This document shows, piece after piece, positions 25,718 through 39,380 of a stretch of 64,000 nt of DNA. The stretch is from Felis catus. Lineage: Eukaryota. Position 1 is the first letter of the stretch. The number at the start of each line of letters is the position of its first letter. Made by a program: the position numbers and the translations under genes. The notes under the pieces are model-generated. The model was not told the origin of the DNA. It was given only the letters and a program-made list of their open reading frames with translations, and made no database searches. The stretch spans positions 211,236,001-211,300,000 of the forward strand of contig NC_058368.1 of assembly GCF_018350175.1 (NCBI RefSeq), read 5' to 3'.

Positions 25718-25890
25718 GTCCTTGCTACTCAAAGTATGCTTGGAGGACCAGCTAAATCAGCATCTCACCTGGGCGCTGCTCGGAAATGCAGAATCTCGGC
25801 TCCTCTGCCCCAGACCTACAGAATCAGAATCTGCCCTTTACTAAGATCTCAGATGATTCACGTGCACAATGAAGTTTAAGAAGCACTGCC
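25718..25890. mobile_element. MER5A-like hAT DNA transposon relic
   Basis: CTTGCTACTCAAAGT..GGACCAGC..CAGCATC..GAAATGCAGAATCTCGG..AGACCTACAGAATCAGAATCTGC..AAGTTTAAGAAGCACTG. Confidence 0.8.
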
Positions 25891-26095
25891 CTAGGTCACC
25901 ATTTCCACTAAAGGTTATATTAGTGCATAGAAACAATCCTCTCTTGGAAATACAGGTCAAGTCTAAATTGCACTGAATGACACTGTTCATAAGGAGAAGG
26001 CATACTTTTTGAAAAATCCATTTGGGGGTTAAATTTACATAATGATAGAGAACGACTTGCAAAGTACACACAACTCTAAAAAGGGCATGGGAATA

Positions 26096-26326
26096 GGGGC
26101 CTGGGTGGCTCTGTTGGTTAAGCGTCCAACTTCAGCTCAGATCGTGATCTCATCATTCATGAGTCTGAGCCCTGCATCAGGCTCTGTGCTGACAGCTCAG
26201 AGCCTGGAGCCTGCTTCGGATTCTGTGTCTCCCTCTCTGTCTGCCCCTCCCCCTCTCGTGGACGCTCTCTCCTCTCTCTCTCTCAAAAATAAACATTTTT
26301 TACAAAGTGTTAAAAAAAAAAAAAAA
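26096..26326 (+). mobile_element. CAN-SINE
   Basis: GGGGCCTGGGTGGCTCTGTTGGTTAAGCG head, CT tract, A tail; imperfect TSD AGGGC..GGGAATA. Confidence 0.92.
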
Positions 26327-28057
26327 GAGGGCCAGGGAATATATTCCACCTGGGAAGCACTCTGCCAAAGACTCTGCCCTTCAAACCTAGTCCAGACCAA
26401 ACTTTTCACAAAATAGTCCCTCCTTCTCTAAACTGTGTATCATGACTCTGATAGTTTGAAAATTCAGAACTGATCTGTTTTGACATACGATTCAGCGTGT
26501 GTGAAGAAAAAAATGTTACGGTTAAAGTCTCCACTTGAATTAAATCCCTAAAATACCGCAATTAGCCACTCATTAAGTAAAGCCAAGGTTACAATTCTCT
26601 GGTCAATTAACACTCTATTTAATTAAGTTCCTTTTTTTTTTTTTTCATCTTGTGGCATATTTTCTATCAACGAGACAGCCAGTGCAATGGAAGGATGCAG
26701 AATGGGGGGGTCTTGTCCTAATTAGGTTGCCTTAGATGGAACAATTCCCTATTCTGGGCCTCAGTTTCCTCTGAAGGACATGTTGGGCAAACAGTCTCTA
26801 ATATCCTTTTAAACTCTGGCTTCTTGATTCCATGACTCACGGAATACTTTCCAGCAAGATAATTTAACCAACGCCTTGATCTTAAGCAAGCCACCAAACA
26901 ATCACCCTTCATCATAGAAATATAAGTACTCTTCAGTGATGTGCTTTTTTCATTTCCACTTTTAGATCATCAGTTGCAGGCAGACTTAACATATTGCACA
27001 CACGTTATAAATTATGTAGGTACAGAATCATAGTCTAAGATAATGTGCAAATATATGTGAGAGAAGAAGCATGAGATTTTTTTAAAGACATATTGAATGA
27101 GGCTCTAATTTAAAAAAAAAATATTTTACAGAATCAAACTATGCTTATTTTTTGCTGAGTCCAGCAGCCCCAAATCTCTTTTCTTATATCTGACTTCTGA
27201 TGAACTATAAACCACTACTGCCAGGTTGGTTTAAAGAGCCATACGCTCTGAATTATAAAAAGTCATATTTTTGTAAAACAAACACCTAAATATTCAAGTT
27301 ACAAAGCACATGGAGACAGGTTAGTCAATGCGTGTTTTTTGGAAGCTTATAATCCAAACTCCAAAATGTGCTCTCGTCAGTTTTAACGAACAGGTTTAAA
27401 GCATCTCAATGTGAGCACAGTTATTATCAGGGACAGCTGCGTCCCTGTCCATTCTCCTAAGTGCCTAAGACCAATCCTGGTAGGCGGGTATGTACTAAAA
27501 ACTTGCTTTCACTGGTTTGGTCCAAAGTGGGTCAATCCCTTACCACCTGTATGAGGTGAAAGGGTTTGACCCTTGTCCCATAGGACCCAACTGAATTGGA
27601 GAATCCTGTGAGTTAACTCCAGGATGCAATTTGGCTGTGGGGAAATCTGGCTCTTTCTTGAGGTTCTCCACCACTGTGGTCACTTGCAGAAAGTCCTGCC
27701 TTTATTCATTTCCCTATCTCCTTAGTGTAGACAAGAAAGAAACAGATTTGTACATATTTTACAAAGTGCCTTTCTTTACTTTTATTTTTAAAAAATTTGT
27801 TTTCTTTTTGCAAGAAAAGTGTATTGATTGGAAAGTAAATTTTACTTGTTTTCTGTAAATAACTGGAGAAACCAGAAAGGGAATGACAGAATGGTCTAAG
27901 GTCCAACCAGTAACCGGTGGATTTAATTTATTGCTTAACTGAATTACCACAGAGCTGATGTGAATAGTGCAACTTTGATAAGAAAGTGACTCTGGCTAGG
28001 ATTGGGGGATATGCCTGCCACCCTGTGATTTAATACTCTTCAATTTAAAAATATATT

Positions 28058-28298
28058 GAGGGCGTTTGGATGGCTCAGTCAGTTAAGCATCTGACTCTTG
28101 ATTTTGGCTCAGGTTATGATCTCACAGTTTGTGGGTTCGAGCCCCACATGGGGCCCTGTGCTGACAGTGGGGAGGCTGCTTGGGATTCTCTCTCCCTCTG
28201 TCTCTGCCCCTCCCTCGCTTGCACGTGCATTCTCTCCCTCTCTATCTCTCAAATAAATATTTTGAAAATAATAAAATACTAATAATAAGAAAATTAAA
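28058..28298 (+). mobile_element. CAN-SINE
   Basis: GGGCGTTTGGATGGCTCAGTCAGTTAAGC head, GGTTCGAGCCCC B-box, CT tract, AT-rich tail. Confidence 0.9.
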
Positions 28299-31200
28299 AC
28301 ATGTTGATATGCTTTTGAACGGCTTTGAATTGCATGCCTGGGCCTGAAAAGGACAATGCATGCAGTGGAACCTTGCATACATGCAAGAAAATGTAAATGA
28401 CTCTGGATTACCATCCCAGGTGTTGCTAACGTGCCTTTGTCGTTGATGAAAGCCTCATGTGTACTTCAGTGAACGAATTCCTTGTTCTGCCTTTTTGGCT
28501 TAAGCACAATAGTATTGTTGCTGGAGTAGTGTGGGCGGAGCACCCAATTTCCAGGTCTAGGCCACCTTGCTACCACTAAACAGGCTATGTGACCTTTTGC
28601 AAGTCCTTTAAACTCTAGCCATCAATTTCCTGTTAAATAATCAAATAGAAATTCTCTCCCTAGGCCTGTGTATTTCAGTTGGTGATTTTTGGTCTGAGAC
28701 CATCATGGTATCTATTCCAATGAAAGGAGAAAAATAGAAAATAGGACATTTCCAGAGGTTTAGGCATCTCAGGATTCCACAAAATGCCAGCCATAGCCTG
28801 CTAAATGCAAATTTTACTGGACAAAGTAAATCTGTAATCTTTTCGGTGTTCTGAGTTTATAGCTAAGAGATATCCATAATTCACAACACCATATGCCTGC
28901 CACTGTCTTGTCCACCTCCATTCCTCTGATTTATGCTCTGATCTCAAGAAGCACTGAGACACGTAAAGTGGACAGACATATCCTGTTTATGTGGCTGTGA
29001 TCAGTGAATGGAGAGACCCTTAGATCATTGTATTCTATTCGTTAACTTTTTACCTGGTCCTGATTAAATAAAAAAACGACAGTGCACCCTAAAAACCTTT
29101 AGGTAGTGAAGTAGTAATATGAAAAATAACCTTTACGAGTTCTGTTAAATTATGCCTCACCTGGATAAACTTCAAAATACAGTCTGAGTTAAAAAAAAAA
29201 ATACAGTCTGAGTTTTTCCTTGCAAATTTCAGATCCTGGAGAAAATAAACCCTGTAATTATGTTATCTGAAATCAAAACTCTCTATGGCAAAGATACCTC
29301 TGAAAAATAATTTGTTTTCCAACATTTCTGATAAGATGATTTTGAACTTTTAAAAGTAACTACCCCCCCTTCTTGTCCTACTGTCCTTCCTTCAAAGCTG
29401 CTTATTGTTTAGAAATGAAAGATATCACATCTAATGCTTTGACTGTTTTTCAGTAGCATATTTGATGTACTTGTCATGTGACATTCCTGAATTTAAAATA
29501 ACTGTTATATTATTTTATATTATATTGCTTTATGTGGTTCAAAACTGTATGATGCATTGAAATATATACTCCTTATATTGTGAAACTCACCATATAATAC
29601 AGATGAAAATAATTATATAATGACTTATAATCTATCCTTATGTATTTCAATATGATGGTGTCTGTAAAACAAAACTGAAACAAATGTAATCATATATTTC
29701 TGTTGAGACTGTGAATGTACTAATTTTTTTCTTAAGCTTTGTCTGGAATTAGTATCATATGCCATTGTACAGCTGGTCTGGGGTGTTAAGTGTTTAGAGT
29801 ACAATTCAAACCCTTTAAAAGTCAACCCTCAGCTTTGCTTCATGTGACTCCTGATAACTTCTTGAGTGTTATTTGCATCATGAGGCTTGCTTTTGTGTTT
29901 GATTATTCATTTTAAACAATTTAAACAGTTTCATGTGGAAACCACAGCAATCTAGAGCCAGCGTGTTGTGTGATCTGTGTCTTATGTAAAGCCATATTGA
30001 AGCAAAGACTATATAATAGTAAAAGGTTCCATATTTTCAAGGCTATCACTACCTCCACTTTTTCTCTTTCCCTAGAAAATACCCAAGCAAAACTCTTCAA
30101 CATGAGGTGGGAAATTCAAAGTGATTGTTACAGTAGTTGCTGGGGGTTGTTTGGGCTTGATTTTTTTATAGGAAAATATACCTTCTAATTCACCACTTTG
30201 TAGTTTTATGCTAGGTTTTCTCAATAACCATTTTTACATTTTATAAAAACTGGCTGGCAAATGAAGACTGAAAAGAATATTTAGTAAGTCCCCAGATGAA
30301 AAACCAACAAAACCATAGAGTGCGGATTTTTTCCTAACAATGAGTCACCTCAAGATGGTTACCCTAAGCCATGGTAATGATATTTTTCACAATTTTATTT
30401 TCCTAATGCCCCTAGAAATAAATGTTGTCCTTATTTGATTTTAGCCATCAAATATATTATGGTATGGGAAAAGTCAGCCATATATCAGAAATAGTCTTCT
30501 TTTTATTTAAAAACATTTCTTGATGTACTTATTGTAATGACTACTTTTTTGTCTTTTTAGCCTTAAAGAATTATAGAGGACTATAGGCTGACTGGTCTTG
30601 CGTTTTTAATTCTGTAAATCTTTGGTTATTGCACATTGTACTTCCTGTTTTCATGGATTTATTCATTTGCCTCCTTTTATTTTGAAGGAATAACATGGAC
30701 AGTTAAATCCTTGTCAGTAGTGTGGGAGATTATGCTGCTATTGTCATAATATTTTCATTTTTTCTGCACGCCAAAAATAATGCTTGCCAAACAAAATCTT
30801 AGACATCCCAGCATAATATGGTCATTATATTTATATTCCTGTTATTGACAATACCTAGTTCAGTGCCTGGGTCAATAAATGTTTATTTCCCTTGCCTACC
30901 CTTCCTTTATTTTATTTGACATGGAAATAAGCAGAATAATATGTGTGTGTCTGAAGCAAATTTCTTGAGGCATTTTTGCTGCTAAGGGATCTATAATCCG
31001 GAAATTATTGGTATAAATTGGACCAAAACAATTTTCCTCCTTTATCCTTATCCTTCCATATGATTGCAAAACATAATTTCCTTCCTTCACCCCATCACTT
31101 TCACATGAGAACCTGATAAAAATAGAGCGACACAGAATGAAGAACGTGGGGATCAAACCAGAGAAGCTCATTTAAATATTGTGAAATAAAGGAGAGACCA

Positions 31201-33692
31201 AACCATTTTTTTTAAGAATGGGATCCTTTTGAATGGTATGATTCGTCCACATTACTAACATCGTTTTGGACAAAATCCATTGGATTAAATGTAAAATGAT
31301 GACCTTTTTATTTTTCACGGATCTATATCTAAAAATCTTCACCTACTGTTCATGCTTGTGTTAAGAATAATGAAATAGTATGGGGGTTGGCTTTACAGAT
31401 CCTTCTCTGCCTCCTAGTTCTTTCACACAATGTCTCACAGGAGCAATGAGGAATTTTTTACGTGAGTATCATGCTCTAAAATGACTCCCATCAAAGAACC
31501 ACTGACTATCCCATGTTTGGGTTGGTGCCATCTGCCTTTAGTTCTTGAGCACACTTTTACTTCTAAACTAAAAAAATGTGGAGTGTCACTTACCAGACAC
31601 AACATTCATATCATTAATAATGAGCTGGAGAAGAAATACGGAGCCAATTTCCCAAGATTACTGTTATGTGTTTCCTGAAAGAAAAATTATATATGGTCAA
31701 TTCTTGCCAGAATCACATTTGAAACCTTAACCTCACCAAACTTCCTACAACTTACTAACCAAGTTTTATACATTCTAAATCTTCCCTATTTTTTACAGAC
31801 TGAGAGTTACAGCTTCCATCTAGTAGCAATCTTGAAATGTTTGGGGTTGGGGGTAGGGAGGACTGGGCAAGAATATAGGAAATGGGGTTATTGAAAAGGC
31901 CCCAAAAGGGACCTCACTGGCCAGGGAAAGCATTTACCTCTGAGAGTCCCTCCAAACCACACAGGTGAGACTGAACCCATTCTTGGTATTGGAAAAGTAC
32001 ATTCTACTTTGGAGGTCTTGACACCCGTATTGGAATTCTTTTATCTACAACCTCTCCTACCCACCGTGCCGCATGCCCTGACTTCTGCTGGCCACACAAG
32101 TATTAACCATTTTCCGCTTTTTATGACCAGGTTCACATAAAACTTAGGCTGACAAATGGACTTGAAGCGCAAATATTATTGCGAATGTGACAAATTTTTT
32201 TTAGAAAAGGCTAGAAGATATCAGTCAAATAAAACACCATGTGGCTGTTGGTTGGTGAACACTCGTTTAAGAAAAGGGAGCTTGGGAATTTTTATTACTA
32301 TGTTGATAAATGTGTTTGAAAGAATTTGTAAATGTCACAGGGACTTTTTAAGGTGACACGCACTCACTCCATAAATTATTAAACATTACAAGATGAGCTT
32401 AGATGACACTTGCTAGTAGCTTTACTTTATTGGATCAGTTTTGAGATTGTTAGTGAGCTTTGGAAACTTTTGATGTTTTTTTCTATCTTCAGAGCAATTC
32501 CTTTGGCAGTGGGAACCGTGCTTAGTTTAAACGGAATCAATAAATTACTTCCTGAACAATGGTTTTGGAGGGTCTTTTTATATACATGTGAAGCGTGTTT
32601 TTTTATAAAAATACAACTTTGAGAAGGTTTTTCTTTGCTTCAACAAACTTTATTAGGACATGTTTTTTAAGAGAAGAAGGAAATGGCATGCAAGGCCCTT
32701 CTAGAGATAAAATACATACAGATGCTGAAATATTTGTCTTAGAACACTGTTCAAAGGCATTTTTTCAGGCATGCCCTTTGTGCTGGTCTTTCAACACCTT
32801 CTCTGTTTTGTTTTTGTTTTGTTTTGTTGTCACTAAATCTAAATCAAAACGGACATCTTGCTCCCAACTCAGCTACTACTCCTCCCCTTTACACTGCCCT
32901 CAAGTTCTCAAGTTCCCCTAGTTGTCACCCATTTGCCAGCTGGGAGCCTAAAAAATGCAAATAGGCTTGGAAGCTCGCAGAAGTTCCTTGGGCCTTCTAG
33001 CAACAACCAAGAAACACCCAAAAACAGAGTTCCCAAATCTGATATATGATCAGCTTTCCCAAATGAAGCATGAACCACAATTCTCAGTGCCAAACATCCA
33101 AATTTTCTTTTGTTTGATTCTTCCTACTTCGAGTTATCCTATGTCTTCACTTAAAACTTCAGTTGCAATTTAATCTTCCGTTTTTCATCTCGTATTTGTT
33201 GCATAAAACATTTCACACGTGCTTGAAAATTCCAGAGGGTGGAAAGTCTTTGTTATCAAAAAGAGTCTTTGATTTACCAACACCCAAATTTCACAAATAC
33301 TAACATTTTACCAGATCTGTTCCATACCTTAAAAAAAAAGAGGTAAAACATCACAGATGCAGTAGTTCATATCTTAATAATCAAATTCTCTCCCTCTTTC
33401 CAGTGGCAACTACATTCCTACAGATGTCTATCCTGTCTGGCATGTTAAAAGTGCATTTTCCTTGAATATATGCACCCATAGAAATATATATATATATAAT
33501 TACTGTGGGTGCCTATGAATTATTTTACACAGGTAATAACATATGCCGTATGCATGTTGATTTTTTTCTTTCAGCATTGGGTTTTTGAAATCCAAATAGC
33601 TCCAGTTTATTGGATATATACACAGGGTTTTTTTGTTAATCCCTCTATTAATCAACTTTTCATGTCCACTATTATAAATGGCCATGTAAGAA

Positions 33693-33883
33693 AGCATAAG
33701 AGACTCTTGAAAACTGAGAACAAACTGAGGGTTGATGGAAGTGGGAGGGAGGGGAGGGTGGGTGATGGGTATTGAGGAGGGCACCTTTTGGGATGACCAC
33801 TGGGTGTTGTATGGAAACCAATTTGACAATAAACTTCATATATTGAAAAAAAATAAAAAATAAAAAATAAATAAATAAGTAAA
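33693..33883 (+). mobile_element. Very short (about 190 bp) young L1 3' end insertion
   Basis: L1 3' UTR (AGCATAAGAGACTCTT..GGAAACCAATTTGACAATAAA) plus A tail; 19-bp TSD ATAAATGGCCATGTAAGAA at 33674-33692 and 33884-33902. Confidence 0.95.
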
Positions 33884-35434
33884 ATAAATGGCCATGTAAG
33901 AACATTTTATGCAGGCTTCATTTTTTTAAGTATTTGCCATATTTTCTCTAGGATATACATCTAGGAGTGTCAGTGTTGGGTCACATGGAACACACACCTT
34001 AACGTTTTCTCACACTTGACAAATTGTTCTCCAAAGCAGCTGTGCCAATAAATATCCCATCAGCAGGGCAGGAGATTCCATTTTTTCCTTAATCATTACC
34101 TGAGGTTGTCAGACATTTCAATTTTTGACAACTTGATGGGCAATAAAGGATACATTGTTGCTGTTTTAACTTTCACTGTCCTAATGAATTCCCTCAGTAT
34201 CTGAATAACTCATCCTCTACCTGCTTATCTTTTATGCCATCTTTTGTCATCTGCTCAGTTTCTCCATTTGTCTCCATATGTCTGCATCTGGACCTCTACT
34301 CTGTGTCGGTGGTCGGTTGATCTATCCCTGCCTTGATGTTCCCTGTTTTATTACTCTAGTTTTATGCAATCCTGTTATCAGGGAAATTAATTCCTACACT
34401 TCTCTCTCTTCTTCAGAACTATTCTGGCTATGCTCTCGGCCATTTATTCATTATGTGAATCTTGAGATAAGCCTATCAACTTTTTTTTTTAAAAATTGTG
34501 CCGGGAATTAGATTTTGTTCATTGATTTTGTTTATGTGTTAATTCTGGGAGAAATTACATCTTTATAATATTGTGTCCTAATGATGAACATGGTTTATCA
34601 TTTCATTTACTTTGGTCTTTAGTAACACTTTATCCTATCCTTTTAAATGTCTGCATGCGTTTTAGTTGATCCATTCCTAGACACCATATAACTTTTGTTG
34701 CTATTGTAAATGGTATCTTTTTAAAAATTATTGTATTCTGAGAAGTTGTTGTTTATATATAGAAACCACAGATTTTTAAATATTGATTCTGTATCCTGAA
34801 ACCTCATTGAACTCTAATCTATTAGTTCTGGTAATTTGTACTTTTTCTTGGATTTTCCATTTTTATTTATATCATCGGAATGACACAACTTTGTTTCTTC
34901 TTTCCGTCTTTATACCTCTCATATGTTTTTCTTGGTCTGTTTCTTGGAGTTGGATTTCCAGTACAATATTGATTGTAGTGGATATTCTTTCTTATTCCTG
35001 ACTTTAAAGAGAATTTTACTAAAAGTTTGCCATTAAGTATAGGGTTTCCTGTGTATTTTTGCAGACACCCTTAGATATATTAAGGAAATTCCTTTCTATT
35101 CCTAATTTGCTAATAAGTCCATATCTTGAATGGGTGTTAACACATCTACATCTACTGATACCAATTTTTTTTTCTACATCTACTGATACAAAAATGTGGC
35201 TTTCCTCCTTTGCTCAGTTAATATACAAATTATTGCAGAGAATTGATTTGGAGAAAACTCTTTAAAGTCAAATTACTCTCACATTCTTGGAGTGAATTCT
35301 ACTTCATCGTGGTATATTTTTACAAAGCGTGCTTCATTCATTTCATCTCTTTTGCTGCTTGAGATATAATTTTCTGAGGTGATTTATAAGTAAGTCAAAA
35401 TCTTCTAGGGTTATAGAAATTCCTCTTTCTCCCT

Positions 35435-35477
35435 AGATGGCCATCCACTGATGCATGGATAAAGAAGACACACACGC

Positions 35478-35525
<48 letters not shown>

Positions 35526-35945
35526 GAGTATTACTCAGACATCAAAGAGAGTGAAATCTTGCCATTTGCAGCAACCTGGATGGAACTAGAGTATGTTATG
35601 CTAAGTGAAATAAGTCAGAGAAAGACGAATACCATATTATCTCACTCACATGTGGAATTTAAGAAACAAAACAGATGAACATAAGGGAAGGAAAGGAAAA
35701 AATAAAATAAGATAAAAACAGAGAGGGAGATCAACCATAAGAGACTCTTAACTATGGAGAACAAACTGAGGGTTTCTGGAGGAGAGGAGGGGCATGGGGG
35801 ATGGGCTAAATAGGTGATGGGCATTAAGGAGGGCACTTGTTATGAGCACTGAGTTCTGTATGTAAGTGATGAATCACTAAATTCTGCTCCTGAAACCAAT
35901 ACTACGCTGTATGTTAACTAACTTGATTTTAAATAAAATTTTAGA
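35435..35945 (+). mobile_element. Carnivore L1 3' end containing a (CA)n microsatellite (about 35468-35520)
   Basis: GAAATCTTGCCATTTGCAGCAACCTGGATGGAACTAGAG..GCTAAGTGAAATAAGTCAG..GAATCACTAAATTCTGCTCCTGAAACC. Confidence 0.9.
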
Positions 35946-36885
35946 AGAAAATCTTTGTAATTTTATCAGTTTTTGTTTTGAGGGTATATTATTAGGAGTA
36001 TGCAGACTTAAATATTCAATCTTCCTAATGAATTATCTCTTTCATTGTTAAGTATGATATCCTTTATCCTGAATGATTCTTTGTCTCCTTTTTTGATATT
36101 AATATTGTTCCACTAGCTTTCTTTCCACTGGTTAATTCTCTGGTGGGTTTCTTTCAATTTTCTTACTTTCATTTGACCTATGTCACTATGTTTTAAGGGC
36201 ATCTCTATGAACAGCACATAGGTAGATTTTGTTTTCCCATGTTATTTGAGAACTTTTTCCTTTAGGGGATAAGACAGTTCCTTTCGCTCTTCCAATGCAC
36301 CCTTCCTTCGTTTTTATTTTGCAATGTGAATCAATTTGCCATTTGCAATTTAATCAGCCAATTTTGTAATAATAATTATAAGAACGGGAGGTAAATAAAA
36401 GGTCTTAGTTAGATAATGCACTGTATCTGAGGGCTTAAGTTTAAGTAGGGGTGGCTCTTCTCCCAGTCAGGAACGACCACCGTCACAGCGAACCAAATTC
36501 CAGCTGCAGCTGGAAGAGACTCTTGCTCTAGTTGTGACTTTCAAGGGAATGAACAATCTGAGAAGTCCAGTCGCTAAGTGGCCTATGCAAAAAAATGAGA
36601 AAATAAAAACTGTCTTCCATACACATTTTACCAAAAAGAGATTAATTTGGATGCTCAAGAGCCTCCTTGTAAATACGAATCTTCCTCAATTATCTGTCAA
36701 TCACTTGACCATACCCATTACTGGGCAACGCTTGATGAGCATTGTGCCTGGCACTATATCTGGATACAGGAAGCGTTGTAAGTGTTCTCTCTGCCCTCTT
36801 GGGCGTTACAGTCTAGGCGGGCAGGCTGGGGTAATCACAGTGTGTCCAGCTCTCCAGACTGACTTCGAAAAAATATTAAGCCTCA

Positions 36886-37350
36886 GGGGGCGTGGGTGGC
36901 TTAGCCGGTTAGGTAACCCACTCTTGATTTCAGCTCAGGTCATGATCTGGCAGTTCCTGAGTTTGAGCCCTGTGTTGGGCTCTGTGCTGACAGTGCAGAG
37001 CCTCCTGGGGATTCTGTTTTCCACTCTCTCTGCCTCTCTCTCTCTCTCTCTCTGTCTCTCTCAAAATAAATAAATAAGCATTAAATAAAAAATTAAATAG
37101 GGGAGCCTGGGTGGTTCAATTGGCTGAGTGTCTGACTTCAGCTCAAGTCATGATCTCACCGTTTGTGAGTTCAAGCCCCCCGATGGGCTCTGTGCTACAG
37201 CTCAGAGCCTGGAGCCCGCTTTGAATTCTGTGCCTCCTTCTCTCTCACTCTGCCCCTCCCTTGCTTGTACTCTGGCTCTCTCTGTCTCTCAAAAACAAAT
37301 AAATTTCACATTTTTTTAATTAAAAAAAATAAATGATTGAATTTAAAAAA
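36886..37350 (+). mobile_element. Two tandem CAN-SINEs (about 36886-37095 and 37100-37350)
   Basis: Two SINE heads, each followed by a CT tract and A-rich tail; the second begins in the tail of the first. Confidence 0.9.
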
Positions 37351-38399
37351 ATACGAAGTCTAATAATTCCAAATGAACTTGGTCCAAAGAGTTCTTTCTC
37401 CTAAATAAGTTAAAGACTTGGACTCTGTACCATTTTTCAAGAAAATCAGCGTTGCATGAAACTCTAAGGGTCACAGTATGTGAGCACATCTCCACGCAGC
37501 TATTCTCCTCGAACACAACCGTCTCTTTTCCTTCATTCCGAGCATTCTGAACATGCCGTCACCATGAAATGAGACACCTGAAATATGAGATTTCTAGTAA
37601 ATTGGATTTATCTGAAATCCTTCCAGAATTTTCCCTCCTCTTCAACTCCACGGCTCAAAGATCACTTTGCAAGAGTTGTTATTTATCCTCAGTCATTCTC
37701 AGGGACCCTGCTATGTCATTGGATCAAAGAGCAAAGTTCACTCACAGTTAACTGATAAATTGTTAGTGAACCTGTGCACAAAAAAACAATCCCCTACGAT
37801 TATTAACTGGACAACCGAATTTGTCAAGTTAATAATTTTCCCCCTTACTTTCCCATAATTTCCAGATTATTTCCATAATTATCAATTATCTTTTTTCAAG
37901 ATTCTAATGTTTCCCTAGCTGATAATACATATTCTTAAGCTTCAAGGTAATTCATTATCTGAGAAATAGTGATGGCAAAACCCTCTTAACTGACGTCCGG
38001 CTCCTCCTATTGACCAGTCTTGTAAACTGGGGTCGTCCCTCACCTTTCTGATCTCATTTATGATGGAGAAAATTATACTAATTTGCGTGAAGGGAAGAGA
38101 AGAAACAGACTCAGGGCACAGGTCTCTTAAAGTCCCTGATAAGTCAGAGGCAACATCTGTTGAATACTAATTTTGCCTGTGAACCTCGGGTAAGATCTTG
38201 AATTGCTATTTCAAGGGACACCCGGACAGACGGTGAAGATCTGAGGGAGTCTAAACTTGTCCCTCCCCCCAGCTTTCAGATTCGGTGGACATCACTGTAA
38301 GTCTAAAGTGATCCAAAGACCCAACATCTTGGAAAACATTCTTGTGCAATGTTAGTTGATGACATCTAACTGGAGTGCATTTAAAATGGACGTACATTA

Positions 38400-38775
38400 T
38401 TTTTTTTCCTTTTTTAATTTTGTTTAAATCCAGGTTAGTCAACATGTAGTGTAATAATGGTTTCAGGAGTAGAATTTAGTGTTTTGTCACTTACACATAA
38501 CACCCAGTGCTCATCCCCACAAGTGCCCTCCTTGTGCCCATCACCCATGTAGCCTAACCCCCCACCCACCTTCCCTCCAGCAACCCTCAGTCTCTTCTCT
38601 GTATTTAAGAATCGCTTGTGCTTTGCCTCCCTCTCTGTTTTTATCTTATTTTTCCTTCCCTTCCTTTCCTTCCCTTCCCCTATGTTCATCTGTTCTGTTT
38701 CTTAAATTCCACATATGAGTGAAATCCTATGGTATTTATCCTTCTCTGACTGACTTGTTTTGCTTAGCATAACGT
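38400..38775 (-). mobile_element. Carnivore L1 3' end fragment
   Basis: T-tail then GTTTCAGGAGTAGAATTTAGTG..AACACCCAGTGCTCATCCC..TTCCACATATGAGTGAAATC. Confidence 0.88.
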
Positions 38776-38924
38776 ACATACATTCTGACCTAGAAACCTC
38801 TCTTCAAGGATTCATCCCAAGGGAAAGAAACAAAACAGTTTAGAGCACAAGATTCTACACCCCAGGATGATGCAGAAAACACAACTGTCTGTCAATAGGG
38901 ACTCACTAAGCAAAGTATACAGAG

Positions 38925-39380
38925 ACTTCCAGTTTCCACTTCAACATGTAAAGAGCTTGGAAGTGTCACCACCACCCTGACAACAGGAAGCTGGACAAAC
39001 TGAAAGCCAATGGCTTTTCTGGAGCCCATCGGGGAAGGGAAGTTGCTGAGTGACCTGTCACTGTGAAATCTAGGGATACAGGCAAACCCTGAAAGTCACA
39101 GCCTAGACCTTCTTTACCTGGAGCAGCAGCCACTGAAGCCATTACCGGTAGAAACACCTTACGCAGTAACTTTAACAAATTGCTGGGGGCTGAGGGTGGA
39201 CCAGCATGGGAGTGAGAAGCTCGCTGGTTGCCAGAGTCAGAGGACGACCCCAAAGTGCTATGAGCCGTACCTACAGTAGGAATATCGCCAGGCTGTCTTA
39301 GTGAAGGTCCCTTCATCGCGCTGGCTGGGGAAGCAGAAGAGTAACCATTGTGAAATATGTCCAGAGACTTCACTTTCCCC
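38925..39380 (+). mobile_element. Probable old L1M 5'-region relic
   Basis: GACTTCCAGTTTCCACTTCAACATGTAAAGAGCTTGGAAGT..CTGAAAGCCAATGGCTTTTCT..GGTAGAAACAC..TAACTTTAACAAATTGCTGG resembles old L1M 5' ends as recalled. Confidence 0.5.

Larger units (their letters stand above)
23798..32400 (+). other. PRLR: Probable long PRLR 3' UTR with several candidate poly(A) signals; 3' end uncertain
   Basis: AATAAA at about 24059, 29068, 30417, 30874 and 31185, ATTAAA at about 32378; AT-rich and repeat-poor. Mammalian PRLR is known to have a multi-kb 3' UTR. Confidence 0.5.
33250..36240 (-). mobile_element. Highly decayed old L1M sequence, interrupted by younger inserts
   Basis: T-rich tracts resembling antisense L1 ORF2 and 3' end (e.g. 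TTTTGTTGCTATTGTAAATGG, ATATTGATTCTGTATCCTG, CCTTTCTATTCCTAATTTGCT). Confidence 0.6.

Noticed and set aside
36534..37073. 179-aa plus-strand ORF between PRLR and AGXT2
   Set aside because: Its 3' third is SINE-derived and the rest has no recognisable motif
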